Shown: in pieces, positions 50,671-60,560 of the stretch
Layout: the number at the start of each line of letters is the position of its first letter
Numbering within the stretch: the first letter of the stretch is position 1
Assembly: GCA_963739305.1 (NCBI GenBank)
Contig: CAVTZU010000028.1
Span: forward strand, 1 to 64,000
DNA from: Candidatus Bathyarchaeota archaeon
GTDB lineage: Archaea; Thermoproteota; Bathyarchaeia; Bathyarchaeales; Bathycorpusculaceae
DNA length: 64,000 bases
Reading direction: 5' to 3'
Notes under the pieces: model-generated
Database searches by the model: none
What the model was told of the DNA's origin: nothing
The model's input: the letters and a program-made list of their open reading frames with translations, nothing else
Translations under genes and position numbers: made by a program

Positions 50671-51573
50671 ATGCCCATAAACGAACTTGACCTCCTTCTA
50701 ACTTACAAATGCAACCTAGAATGCGATCACTGCTTTGTCTTCGGCAGCCCAAATGCAAGAGGGGTAATGAAAATTGCTGGCATACGAGAAATACTGAAGG
50801 AAGCAAAAAAGATCAGGAGCATTGACTGGATATACATTGAAGGTGGCGAACCTGTTCTTTACTATCCAATTCTCTTGTGGGCGTTGCGTGAAGCAAAGAA
50901 GCAGGGGTTCAAGACTGGCTTTATTACGAATGCTTATTGGGCAACGTCGATTGAAGACGCAAAAGAATGGCTGAAACCTATTTCAGAAATAGGCATATCG
51001 GACGTGATAATAAGCGATGATCTCTTCCATTACGGCAAGGAAGAAGAAAGCCTTTCCAAATATGCTTTTCAAGCAGCTAAAGAGTTAGCGGTGCCTGCTA
51101 GTAACATCAGTATAGAGCAACCCAAAGAATATATGGCTGGGAAAGAATGGAAAGGGAAGCCTGTCACAGAAGGGGCTGTGCTATTCAAAGGAAGACCTGC
51201 TGAAAAACTCGTCGAAGGCTTGCCGAGGAGACCGTGGCAAGAATTTGACAAGTGCTTAGACGAGGATTTCTCCAACCAGAAGCGGGTGCACATCGACCCG
51301 TTTGGTTATGTTCACCTGTGTCAAGGCATAACCATGGGAAACATGAAGAAGACCCCGCTTCACCGATTGTTTGAACAGTTCGACCCACACAAGCACCCTA
51401 TATGTGAACCAATTCTAAATGGAGGCCCAGCTGAACTTGTCAGAACATACCATGTTGATCACGAAGAAGGCTACGTGGACGAATGCCACCTATGCTATTC
51501 AACCCGGCTGAAACTGCGAAAGATATTTCCACAGATTCTTGCACCAGACCAGATGTACGGAGTCTTCACTTAG
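50671..51573 (+). CDS. radical SAM protein
   Basis: TYKCNLECDHC, GGEP, ITNAYWA, DECHLCY. Confidence 0.9.
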   Translation: MPINELDLLLTYKCNLECDHCFVFGSPNARGVMKIAGIREILKEAKKIRSIDWIYIEGGEPVLYYPILLWALREAKKQGFKTGFITNAYWATSIEDAKEWLKPISEIGISDVIISDDLFHYGKEEESLSKYAFQAAKELAVPASNISIEQPKEYMAGKEWKGKPVTEGAVLFKGRPAEKLVEGLPRRPWQEFDKCLDEDFSNQKRVHIDPFGYVHLCQGITMGNMKKTPLHRLFEQFDPHKHPICEPILNGGPAELVRTYHVDHEEGYVDECHLCYSTRLKLRKIFPQILAPDQMYGVFT

Positions 51574-51594
51574 AGCACGCGCAGAAAAAAGGAA

Positions 51595-52446
51595 TCATGG
51601 GTAGTGCTGGTTGAAGTGGCCGGCTAGGATGATGGCATCGTAGATGTCGATTGTGTTGTCACCGTTGATGTCGGCGTTGACATTCCAATGCAAATTGCCC
51701 ACGTGGGTGTTGAAACCTCCTGCAAGCGTTATCGCGTCATAAATATCCACGGTGAAGTCGCCATTCACGTCGCCTGGCATGGTCAAGACCATGGAGGTGC
51801 CAGCTGTCAGATTGCCTGCAAGTGCCCCTATGTTGCAGTTGCCATAGGCAAAGCCTGTGGTGTTCCAAATGAATTGGACGGTTGCGGAGTTGTCAGTTGC
51901 TAAGGTAACGTTTTGTGATCCTAGGATAGTTGTGTTAGCGTAGGCTGTGACGTTGAAGGTCTCACTTTGGTTGCCCATGTTCATGAGCATTACGTTCACA
52001 GGCAGTTGACAACCTTGACCAACAACATTCTTAGATGGCGCAACGCTCATCACAGCGCTCGCGCTGCACAGGCTGCCATTTATCCAATCTAGGAAATAGG
52101 TTTGTGAATGCTCATCAAAACTAATCGTTCCGTTGATTACAACCATGTTCCCGACAACAAACCCTTCGGGAAATGTGCATCCCAGTTGCCCATTAAAAGT
52201 CAAAAACATAAAAGAACCACATGGATTCGGGTCAAGGCTTGGGTCAATGCTGTCTACAATTATGCCAGCGTAGACCGCGCTCACATTAGCGTAGCTTAAA
52301 GTACCGACCACGGTGTAAGTCGCCACAGTCGCGCGTGCGCGCGCACCCCCTAGGCAGGCTACTAAAATGATACAGATTATTCCAAGCGCGATAAGGACGC
52401 CTTTGCTGGCGATTTTCGTTTCTTTTGTTTCATTCACGTTTGACAT
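51595..52446 (-). CDS. secreted CARDB + dockerin-like protein, apparently chimeric
   Basis: ETFNVTAYAN..WNTTG (CARDB); GDVNGDFTVDIYD..ADINGDNTIDIYD (dockerin repeats). Confidence 0.8.
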   Translation of the reverse strand: MSNVNETKETKIASKGVLIALGIICIILVACLGGARARATVATYTVVGTLSYANVSAVYAGIIVDSIDPSLDPNPCGSFMFLTFNGQLGCTFPEGFVVGNMVVINGTISFDEHSQTYFLDWINGSLCSASAVMSVAPSKNVVGQGCQLPVNVMLMNMGNQSETFNVTAYANTTILGSQNVTLATDNSATVQFIWNTTGFAYGNCNIGALAGNLTAGTSMVLTMPGDVNGDFTVDIYDAITLAGGFNTHVGNLHWNVNADINGDNTIDIYDAIILAGHFNQHYP

Positions 52447-52546
52447 CCTACCATAGCAGTGTCCAGTGTAAGATATAAGTCCGCGCGCCCTACTGGCGAC
52501 ACGCAGAAATAACGGGTTGATACAGAATAGTCCTGCGATGATGTGA

Positions 52547-52717
52547 ATGGTGGATTATGTAAACGGGAGCGCTAATGACAACTGGTACTGGTGCAAGAAC
52601 TGGACTCAATACACCACGTACATCTACGAACAGCTATCAGGAACGCGACGTCCACCAAAGTTACACCTTTGCCCTCAATGCAAAGCAAAGGAAGACAACA
52701 AAGACTGCACAACATAG
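52547..52717 (+). CDS. 56-aa Cys/Trp small protein
   Basis: MVDYV..DNWYWCKNWTQY..LCPQCKAKEDNKDCTT*; not in the ORF track. Confidence 0.55.
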   Translation: MVDYVNGSANDNWYWCKNWTQYTTYIYEQLSGTRRPPKLHLCPQCKAKEDNKDCTT

Positions 52718-52898
52718 CGCATGCTCGCGCCTACTCATATCCGTTTATTCAGTCGCTGACGGCGCTCAACCACCCACAGCGCACGCTCAAAGATGTTCAA
52801 AAAACGATTTGAGGCATAAAATTGCTAAATGTCGCATGCGCTAACACGTTGAAAACTAATCGCGAAACTGGGGGTTTCTAGCGAAGGTCGATAGGTTT

Positions 52899-53142
52899 GT
52901 GGGAATAATACTAGTGAATACGGAGAACAAAGTTCTTCTGCAACTTAGGTCAAAGGATGACTATCTTTATCCAGATTGCTGGACCTTGCCTGGCGGGAGG
53001 GTTGAGGAGGGTGAAATTCTTGAACAGGCCATTGTCAGGGAAGTGAAGGAGGAGTTGGGGTGGGATCTTCGCGGATGCGGTCTTTTCAGGACTATTGTTT
53101 TAAACGATTCCGATGGGATCATGGAGCGCCATAAGCGCGCGC
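52899..53142 (+). pseudogene. truncated Nudix hydrolase
   Basis: VLLQLR, WTLPGGRVEEGEILEQAIVREVKEELG; similarity ends at a (GC)4 tract. Confidence 0.8.
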
Positions 53143-53217
53143 AAATTCCAAGATCAGGCAGGCATCCTGTTGCCCCGCTTCGTAGAGAACTGGGAAAACG
53201 GGGCAAGCCCTGCTCGA

Positions 53218-55281
53218 TCATGCAATTTGCAACGTAAAACGTTCAATTTGCCGAGCACAGTCTGATGGGTTCTCCACGGTTATCATTTCTTTCTGGAAAT
53301 AACCCGGCAACAGACGTTTTACGTAGTGCTGAATGGCTCGATCATCCAGAATCACGATGTATCCTTTATCTTCCGCAGATCTGTGGACACGCCCGCAGGC
53401 CTGAACCAGTCGAAGTATTGCCGGGGTTAGATAAGCATAGGTTCTCCCATTTCCTGGAAACTGTTGTTCAAGATAATCTACCAGTGATTCCTGGTAAGCA
53501 TCCCACGTTGCATAGGGCAACCCGACAGCGACAACTCCTTTCAACACGTTGTGTGGGTAGTCCATTCCCTCGCTCAGTTTGCCACCCATCACCCCGTAAA
53601 GAACGCTGTTGTTTGAGCGTGTTAGCTTCTGGATCACATCATTTCGCCTAGTGTCCTGCTCTTCCATGATTATTGCCCTGTTCGTCTCTATTGAAGAGGC
53701 AACCCTTCGCATCAATTGATAACTCGTGAAGAAAACCGCCAGGTTACCCTGAGTAGAGTCCGATATGGCTTCAATATATTTCTTCCATTTGTCAAGCATT
53801 TGGTCAGTTCTTCTCTTGAACTCTGACGACACGTCCTTGGCTACCATTATGAGCCTGTTCTTTCGTGGAAAAGGAGGATCAAACTCTTTCAAACAAGTTT
53901 GGTTTGCCTTGTATAGCATTAAATCTCTATAGACGTCGGGAGGTGACAAGAAACCGCTCATGAGAATGGTTCCTCGTGCTTCCCTCAAGACGAGATCGAC
54001 GATTTCTCTTCCGTCGAAACTTCGGACTTCTAGCGTAACTTGGTCTTTCTGGCCTCTTTCGATCAGATGGAAGTATTCTGATCCAACGTTCTTGAAGAAG
54101 CTCTCCATGAACGTGCCGATTCGAAAATTGTAGCTCGCGATCCTCGTTGAACCAGATTTAAGCTGCTTCTGTTTGACACTTTCTCCATACTCTTGAAGCA
54201 TCGCAGCGGCTTCCAGGCCTGAGACACCATTGTGAGCTAGAAACAAGTCATTGATCTCTTGAGGGTTAAGTCGCTTGAGCTCTTCATTTCTCAAAGTTTG
54301 ACGGGCGTGCCTAAAAATGTCCTCCATCACAAGGTTCAGAAGTTCTCTGACCGAACCTACCGACTCATGCTCGAAGATTTCAGTCTCCTTAACGGCTCGT
54401 TCCACGAAGCTCATCGTCAACTTGTCGGAAAGAAGCTCTCTGGCAAAAGTTGGAAGATTGTGCGCTTCATCGACAATCAGGAAAACTTTCGAAAAGCCAG
54501 ATCCGAAACCCTTCATAATCGTCTCCCTGATCTTGGGATCAAAAACGTAGTGATACGTCCCAAGAAAAACATTCACTCTCGGCAGAACCCTCTTGAGGGC
54601 TTCGTGAGGGCAGAACCCGCGTTCAGACATCACGTCAACGGATTCCTCTGGCGCAAGAATTCTTCGGGCGCATTCAAGAGCCAATTCTTCCGCCTCTCTT
54701 TTGCCCTTCACAAGGTTCATGTAGAATCTGCAGAAGGGCTTGGTCGACGACTCGCAGTTATCCTTCAGCCTCTTGCACTCTTCAAAAAAGTCTACATAAG
54801 ATAAGTCGCCCCGAGCGTTCATGGGACACATGTCCTGTTTGCTGAAGAATGAGATTGCTGAAATGTTTCTCGAGAGCGCTTTCAACTCCTTGAGGTATAT
54901 GTGCAATTGACTTCTGGTTCTGAAGCAGATCACAAGTCTGTTTTCTTCGAGCTGAGGCAGAACGGCAAGCAGGGATGCGAGCGATTTGCCTACGCCACAA
55001 GGAGCACTACCGAAGAAAACCTCTCTATTTTTCAGCGCCTCGGTTGCTGCTTGAACAAACTCCATCTGTTCTTTACGAGCTTCATAGTTCTCAGGGAGAA
55101 GTTTTCCTTTCTGGCTCGTCCCTTTCGCCTTTTGGCGAACAGTTTTGGGAAGCTCAGAAACCCTGTTTGCAGATATCAGATAAGTGCCACAGTCACTGCA
55201 AAAACGGTTACTTTCATACTCTTCTGAAGAATAGGTTCGGCCACAAGTGTGGCAAGCATAGTTTCGGGGCAAGCTTTTCAA
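53218..55281 (-). CDS. XPD/Rad3/DinG-family Fe-S helicase with N-terminal Zn ribbon
   Basis: CHTC..CSDC, APCGVGKS, Fe-S Cys, DEAHN, SEGMDY, QACGRVHR. Confidence 0.9.
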   Translation of the reverse strand: MKSLPRNYACHTCGRTYSSEEYESNRFCSDCGTYLISANRVSELPKTVRQKAKGTSQKGKLLPENYEARKEQMEFVQAATEALKNREVFFGSAPCGVGKSLASLLAVLPQLEENRLVICFRTRSQLHIYLKELKALSRNISAISFFSKQDMCPMNARGDLSYVDFFEECKRLKDNCESSTKPFCRFYMNLVKGKREAEELALECARRILAPEESVDVMSERGFCPHEALKRVLPRVNVFLGTYHYVFDPKIRETIMKGFGSGFSKVFLIVDEAHNLPTFARELLSDKLTMSFVERAVKETEIFEHESVGSVRELLNLVMEDIFRHARQTLRNEELKRLNPQEINDLFLAHNGVSGLEAAAMLQEYGESVKQKQLKSGSTRIASYNFRIGTFMESFFKNVGSEYFHLIERGQKDQVTLEVRSFDGREIVDLVLREARGTILMSGFLSPPDVYRDLMLYKANQTCLKEFDPPFPRKNRLIMVAKDVSSEFKRRTDQMLDKWKKYIEAISDSTQGNLAVFFTSYQLMRRVASSIETNRAIIMEEQDTRRNDVIQKLTRSNNSVLYGVMGGKLSEGMDYPHNVLKGVVAVGLPYATWDAYQESLVDYLEQQFPGNGRTYAYLTPAILRLVQACGRVHRSAEDKGYIVILDDRAIQHYVKRLLPGYFQKEMITVENPSDCARQIERFTLQIA

Positions 55282-55386
55282 AGCAAACTAGGCTTCAGAC
55301 CAGCAACATATACTTTGTTGGCATGGTAAACGCAAAAACGCGAGGAACACGCGCTGTACGGGTTCCTTTTTGAGTTTCAGTCCTGC

Positions 55387-55653
55387 TCAAGTGCGCGCTC
55401 CGGATTGCAGATCTTTGGTTGATGTCGCCCCGTCTTTCCGCCAGAGCTTTCTGAACCCTTCTTCCTGCTCTGGTGTAATCTTGAACCCGAGTTTTTCTTC
55501 CAGAAAAATTCCTACTAGGCGAACTGCAAAATAGGCTTCAGCCGAGTTATTTGTCCTCTTCTGTAACAGATCCAGAACCTTCTTTGACACTCGCAAGCAT
55601 TTCTGTATATCAACCGGAACTTTGGCAGAAGTCTCTGTCTTTTTTGCGCACAT
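55387..55653 (-). CDS. hypothetical protein
   Basis: 88-aa ORF; last codons formed by GCGCGC. Confidence 0.55.
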   Translation of the reverse strand: MCAKKTETSAKVPVDIQKCLRVSKKVLDLLQKRTNNSAEAYFAVRLVGIFLEEKLGFKITPEQEEGFRKLWRKDGATSTKDLQSGART

Positions 55654-55799
55654 ACCGTTTTCCCGCCAGCAAGTCTATTTCACTAGGTCAATAAATGTTT
55701 CTAAGGTTTTGTGTTCGACGCACAACACAATAGTTTGGGCACTATTGGAACAAACTTAAAAGCCGACTTTTCGAATTAAGAGTTGGACGAGTTCAATAA

Positions 55800-56978
55800 A
55801 TGCCAGCCAATTTGCCCCCAGACGCAAGAAAGAAATGGGCAGAGGTCGAGGAAACACACAACCCTCGGGAAAGACTCCAGAAAATGGAGGAGTTCCTTAG
55901 CCTTGTCCCAAAGCACAAGGGCACAGCAAAAACGTGTGCACAAGTCAAGAAACAAATGTCTTCACTGCGAAAGGAAATCGAAGAGAAGAAAAAGAAGAAA
56001 AAAGCCAGCAAGGGCGGTCCGAAAACCTTCATCGAGAAAGAAGGAGCAGCGCAGGTTGCTCTCATAAGCATGACCAAGGCAGGAAGGAGCAGTCTCCTAT
56101 CGTCACTAACGCGGGCTAAAGTTGAAATCTCAACCAACTTGTACGCAACGAGGAGCCCGATTCCAGGAATTATGACATATCAGGACCTTCAGATCCAGAT
56201 AATAGAGGCCCCTGCACTCATGGAGGGAGCAGCAGACGGCAAAGCGTGGGGACTTCAAACCCTCGGCATAGCCAGAAACGCTGACGGCCTCATCATCGTA
56301 GTCGACCTTGCACAGGACCCAGTCAAACAGTTATCTATAATTCTCGATGAATTGAGCAGAGCACGAATATCGACCATCAAACCCACGTCAAAGGTCGAGA
56401 TCGAAAGAAAATACATGGGCATTGGCTTGCGAATAATAGTGTTCGGAAGACTTGTCAACTGCACTTTCAAGGAAGTCGAAGAACTCCTGAAAGGCTACAA
56501 CGTCACCGACGCGATCGTGAAGATTTCCGGTGACGCAACACTCAGTGACATTGAAGAAGCCATATTCGAAATAATGGTTTACAGACCAACGGTGATAATT
56601 GCAAACAAAATTGACCTCCAAGGAGCTGAAGGGAACCTTAAGCGGCTTCAAGCCTATCTCGGCAACCGACTTCCAGCAGTTGCTGTTTCAGCCTTGACGG
56701 GAACTGGATTGGACAAGATCGGCGAGAACCTGTTCAACACGCTTGAGATAATACGCATTTACACCAAGGAACCAAACGAGAGGGAATACTCGAAAAAACC
56801 GTTTATCCTGAGGAAAGGATCAACGATATTCAACCTTGCGAAAAGCATCCATAGCGATTTCAAAGACGACTTCTACTTTGCCAGGGTCTGGTCCGAGCGA
56901 CTAGTCTTCAGTCCCCAAAAAGTCGGCTCCACGTTCAAGCTTCAAGACGGAGACGTAGTGGAAATCCATCTGAAATAG
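55800..56978 (+). CDS. DRG/OBG-family GTPase with TGS domain
   Basis: VPKHKGT, KEGAAQV, NKID, IRIYTK, LQDGDVVEIH. Confidence 0.9.
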   Translation: MPANLPPDARKKWAEVEETHNPRERLQKMEEFLSLVPKHKGTAKTCAQVKKQMSSLRKEIEEKKKKKKASKGGPKTFIEKEGAAQVALISMTKAGRSSLLSSLTRAKVEISTNLYATRSPIPGIMTYQDLQIQIIEAPALMEGAADGKAWGLQTLGIARNADGLIIVVDLAQDPVKQLSIILDELSRARISTIKPTSKVEIERKYMGIGLRIIVFGRLVNCTFKEVEELLKGYNVTDAIVKISGDATLSDIEEAIFEIMVYRPTVIIANKIDLQGAEGNLKRLQAYLGNRLPAVAVSALTGTGLDKIGENLFNTLEIIRIYTKEPNEREYSKKPFILRKGSTIFNLAKSIHSDFKDDFYFARVWSERLVFSPQKVGSTFKLQDGDVVEIHLK

Positions 56979-57002
56979 AAAACAATGAAGAAAATAAACA
57001 GC

Positions 57003-57605
57003 CTATCTGGAAGCTTGAGCAACCCTTTCAATTTCGTTGCGTTTAGCAACAGCAAAGCTTTTCATGTCATTGTTCCCGGCCATTATCAGCTCTTCAGCCA
57101 AGCATTCATCTATCGAACGCGGGTTGTTCGACGATGCTTGCCTGGCACCGTCCGAGATGTGCCGCAGTGCGAGATCAACTCTTCTCTGAGGTGAAACGTC
57201 CACCGATAGGTGGTACACGACTCCACCGTAGCTGACTCTTGTCGTGTCTTCGCACGGAGACGAGTTCTCCACGGCTTTGACCAAGACTTCGACTGGGTTT
57301 TTGCCCGTTCGCAAGTTGATTATTTCCAGTGCGTTCTTCACTACGTTTGTCACCTTGGCTTTCTTTCCGGAGTTCTTGCCTGGACGCATCAGATTGTTTG
57401 CCACTCTTTCGACGATGTTGACGCCTGCCTTCCGAAAACGTTTGTGCTCGTGCCTTCCCATACTGTGCGGAATCACGACTGGCCTCAGGGAAATGTACCT
57501 TTGCAGCCCGGGATCCTTCACTTCCACGTTCTTGAAGCTCCATTTCCCGAAAAGCTTGATCTCTTTCGACTGTTTCTCTTCCTGCTTCTGACTCAAAACA
57601 CTCAC
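57003..57605 (-). CDS. rps7: 30S ribosomal protein S7
   Basis: [32 protein letters not shown]. Confidence 0.97.
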   Translation of the reverse strand: MSVLSQKQEEKQSKEIKLFGKWSFKNVEVKDPGLQRYISLRPVVIPHSMGRHEHKRFRKAGVNIVERVANNLMRPGKNSGKKAKVTNVVKNALEIINLRTGKNPVEVLVKAVENSSPCEDTTRVSYGGVVYHLSVDVSPQRRVDLALRHISDGARQASSNNPRSIDECLAEELIMAGNNDMKSFAVAKRNEIERVAQASR

Positions 57606-58042
57606 CGAGCCGGCTTCTGCTTCCGCCCATAAACGAGTTCGTTAAGTGAAACTCCGTTAACTGTTATGACCTTCCAACGAACGCCCGGAATGTCTCCCAT
57701 GCTTCTCCCACGAGAGCCTCCTATGCCTTCAACTAATACCTCATCGTGCTCGTCGACAACGTTCAAGGCACCATCTCCGGGAAGGAAAGCCGTTATGAGA
57801 CGACCGTTCTTAATGAGCTGCGTTCTCACGCACTTACGAATGGCACTGTTGGGCTGCTTGCTCTCGACCCCGACCTTCTCAAGAACGATACCGCGACCCA
57901 TGGGTGATCCTTCTAGAGGATCCGCTTTGACGTCAAGCCTCAACATTCGACGCTTGTAATACCGAATACTCCAGCGAAACCTCTGCCTCTTTTCAACAAG
58001 CGCTCTTGCGGCAAATTCGCCTTTCGGGGACTTAGAACCCAT
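57602..58042 (-). CDS. rps12: 30S ribosomal protein S12
   Basis: [23 protein letters not shown]. Confidence 0.98.
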   Translation of the reverse strand: MGSKSPKGEFAARALVEKRQRFRWSIRYYKRRMLRLDVKADPLEGSPMGRGIVLEKVGVESKQPNSAIRKCVRTQLIKNGRLITAFLPGDGALNVVDEHDEVLVEGIGGSRGRSMGDIPGVRWKVITVNGVSLNELVYGRKQKPAR

Positions 58043-58153
58043 TGAAAGATTTCCTCTCGCTACGTCTAATCACAAGTCTAATATTTAAACTGAACTACGA
58101 TGGTCGCAGCCCTCTTTTGAAGAAAAATGCCACGTTATTCCTTGTTTGCCGAT

Positions 58154-59059
58154 TTAGGTTTCAGAACTGAAGAGATTCTGCAGATAGATTTTGCCCTTCC
58201 CTAAAGTTCCGCCGTAGTTTGCGGCAGTTATCCTCTTCACGCCGTGGACTGTTGTGGCACTTTCTATCCCGACTTTCATCGCCATGTTCAAATCTTCAGG
58301 TCTCAGCGCACTGACTATGACTTCGTAAACGCATCTGACTCCATCAGGAATCATGCTTCCCTCCATCTTCGCCAACGTCGGGCAATACGCGTCGTTGGTC
58401 GTGGCCACAGCATCCTTGTAGGTCTTTCCACCGACCTTAGTCCCTGACGACGCGAACTTACCGAGCACATAAGGAATTCTCTTTGCAGCATCAACTGCCC
58501 GCTCCGCTGCTTCCAACGCTGCCGCATCCGTCTGCGCGAAGATCAAAAACATACCACCCGTCACGCCTTTCGCTATTCCAAACTTCTTTTCAACATAGAA
58601 ATAACCGTCCATCCTCGGTATCCTGAAGACTTCTCGTCCGAAAGCTTTGACTTCCTCCTCAAACCCGTCGCCGAACGCCTGAATCATCGTTCCCTTGATA
58701 TCAACGAAATCCACCGCCATCTCTCTCGGCAGGGCATCGAACACGCTCGTCTTCGGATAAGGCATAACGCCCTTTCTTATTCTCAATACCGAACACTCCT
58801 TCAGTGCCTCGGCCTTCCTGTCAAGAAATTGAAGAATAAACCCTGGTCTGCCGTCAGGAGTCTCTTCAAGCTTCGCCTCAACCTCAATCGATGCTTCACA
58901 AGGCGGAACAGTAGCCGACCTCCCCAGCCCCTTTGCTTCCAACGCGGATTCCAGAGCCCATTTCCTGTTGACAGACGTTATCAGCACCCTGGCAACCCGC
59001 ACCGTGAAAGTCTCACAGAAAGTATCATCAATCGGAACTCCATTAATCCTCAAATCCAA
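58154..59059 (-). CDS. formylmethanofuran:H4MPT formyltransferase (Ftr) paralog
   Basis: NGVPIDDTFCE, ETPDGRPG, FGDGFE, TTNDAYCPTL, VYEVIV, ANYGGTLGK. Confidence 0.85.
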   Translation of the reverse strand: MDLRINGVPIDDTFCETFTVRVARVLITSVNRKWALESALEAKGLGRSATVPPCEASIEVEAKLEETPDGRPGFILQFLDRKAEALKECSVLRIRKGVMPYPKTSVFDALPREMAVDFVDIKGTMIQAFGDGFEEEVKAFGREVFRIPRMDGYFYVEKKFGIAKGVTGGMFLIFAQTDAAALEAAERAVDAAKRIPYVLGKFASSGTKVGGKTYKDAVATTNDAYCPTLAKMEGSMIPDGVRCVYEVIVSALRPEDLNMAMKVGIESATTVHGVKRITAANYGGTLGKGKIYLQNLFSSET

Positions 59060-59209
59060 CTCAGATCACCCGTTTCCACTGGCCCCTATTTCTCCATAGC
59101 TCATGGTTCTTCTAAGACTTTTCAATACTCATTCTTGAATCGTGGCTAAAAACTTAATTGGTCACGGCATTCCATTATCTTCAGCGAAGGGTTTTCACGA
59201 GGTTTCAAG

Positions 59210-60538
59210 ATGAACATTACAGAAGTCACAAAAATCATTCAAAAAGAAAATGTGAGAGAGATTGCCCTCCAGTTCGCCGACATATCAGGGATCTTGCACT
59301 CTCTCTGGATACCTTCTGAACTTTTCTCAAAAACTGCTGAAGAAGGAATACACACGGACGGTTCATCCGTTGACATGGTGGATATAAGCGAAAGCGACTT
59401 GAAACTGAAACCAGACCCAAGCACGTTTACCATACTTCCCCCAGGTCTTTTCGCTCAGAAGACAGCGAGGGTCGCCTGCGACATCTACGAACCTGAATCA
59501 AGAAAAACACTCGAAATTGATCCGCGGCACATACTGAAGAAAGTCATCGAGGACGCCAAGAAGATTTTTGGAAACACGATCACATACAACGCATGCAGTG
59601 AAATTGAATACTTTGTTTTCGACAAAGCAGAAAACGGGGCGATAAGACTGATTGATAACGCCGGGTACCTTGCTAGCCCGCCAGCCGACGCCGGCGCAGA
59701 TTTGAGGCTTGAGATCACCGAAAACCTCAGAAACATAGGCATCCTTGTTGAAAAACACCATCACGAAGTGCCCCCTGGAAAATCCGAGTTGAATTTGGCC
59801 TACTGCGACGCTTTGAAGATGGCTGACACAATATACCTAGTGAAGTTCCTTGTAAAAATGATGGCCGCCAGAAGGGGACTCGTCGCCTCATTCATGCCCA
59901 AGCCATTTCATGACGGATATGGATGCGGACTGCACACGCACGTCAGCCTAACCGATGACAAAAAAAGGAAGAACCTGTTCTACGACCCGAAAGGAACCTG
60001 CGGCCTCAGCAAGACGGCGTTGCAGTTCATCGCGGGCATCTTGTGCCACGCAAGAGCTCTAGCAGCAATCACTAACCCTTCAGTCAACTCTTACAAAAGG
60101 CTCGTTCCAGGCTGGGAGGCTCCTGTTTACCTTTCTTGGGCAAAGTACAACAGGTCGGTCCTTGTCAGGGTGCCCCCTGGAAAAGAGATGAGGACCAGGC
60201 TGGAGTACAGGCCGACGGATGGATCCTGCAACTTCTACCTTGCTTTTGCAGCTATATTGGCCGCAGGGCTGGATGGGATAAGAAGAGGAGTTGAGCTTCC
60301 GGATCCCGTCGAAGAAGACATATACGCCATGACTGAGAAGGAGAGAGCTGAAAGAGGCATCGCAATACTCCCTGGAAATCTCGGGGAGGCTTTGGTCGAA
60401 TTCTCAAAGGACAAGTGCTTGCAGGATACCTTGGGGCATCCTTTCTGCAGAGAATTCCTGAGGATAAAGAGCAAAGAATGGCGAGACTTCAACCTGACCG
60501 TCCATGAATGGGAACGGAAAAGATACTTGGACGTCTAG
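59210..60538 (+). CDS. glutamine synthetase family protein
   Basis: DGSS, EIEYF, HHEV, FMPKP, GLHTH, SYKRLVPGWEAP, RLEYR. Confidence 0.9.
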   Translation: MNITEVTKIIQKENVREIALQFADISGILHSLWIPSELFSKTAEEGIHTDGSSVDMVDISESDLKLKPDPSTFTILPPGLFAQKTARVACDIYEPESRKTLEIDPRHILKKVIEDAKKIFGNTITYNACSEIEYFVFDKAENGAIRLIDNAGYLASPPADAGADLRLEITENLRNIGILVEKHHHEVPPGKSELNLAYCDALKMADTIYLVKFLVKMMAARRGLVASFMPKPFHDGYGCGLHTHVSLTDDKKRKNLFYDPKGTCGLSKTALQFIAGILCHARALAAITNPSVNSYKRLVPGWEAPVYLSWAKYNRSVLVRVPPGKEMRTRLEYRPTDGSCNFYLAFAAILAAGLDGIRRGVELPDPVEEDIYAMTEKERAERGIAILPGNLGEALVEFSKDKCLQDTLGHPFCREFLRIKSKEWRDFNLTVHEWERKRYLDV

Positions 60539-60560
60539 TAGGACACAGAAGGGGAAAGAC

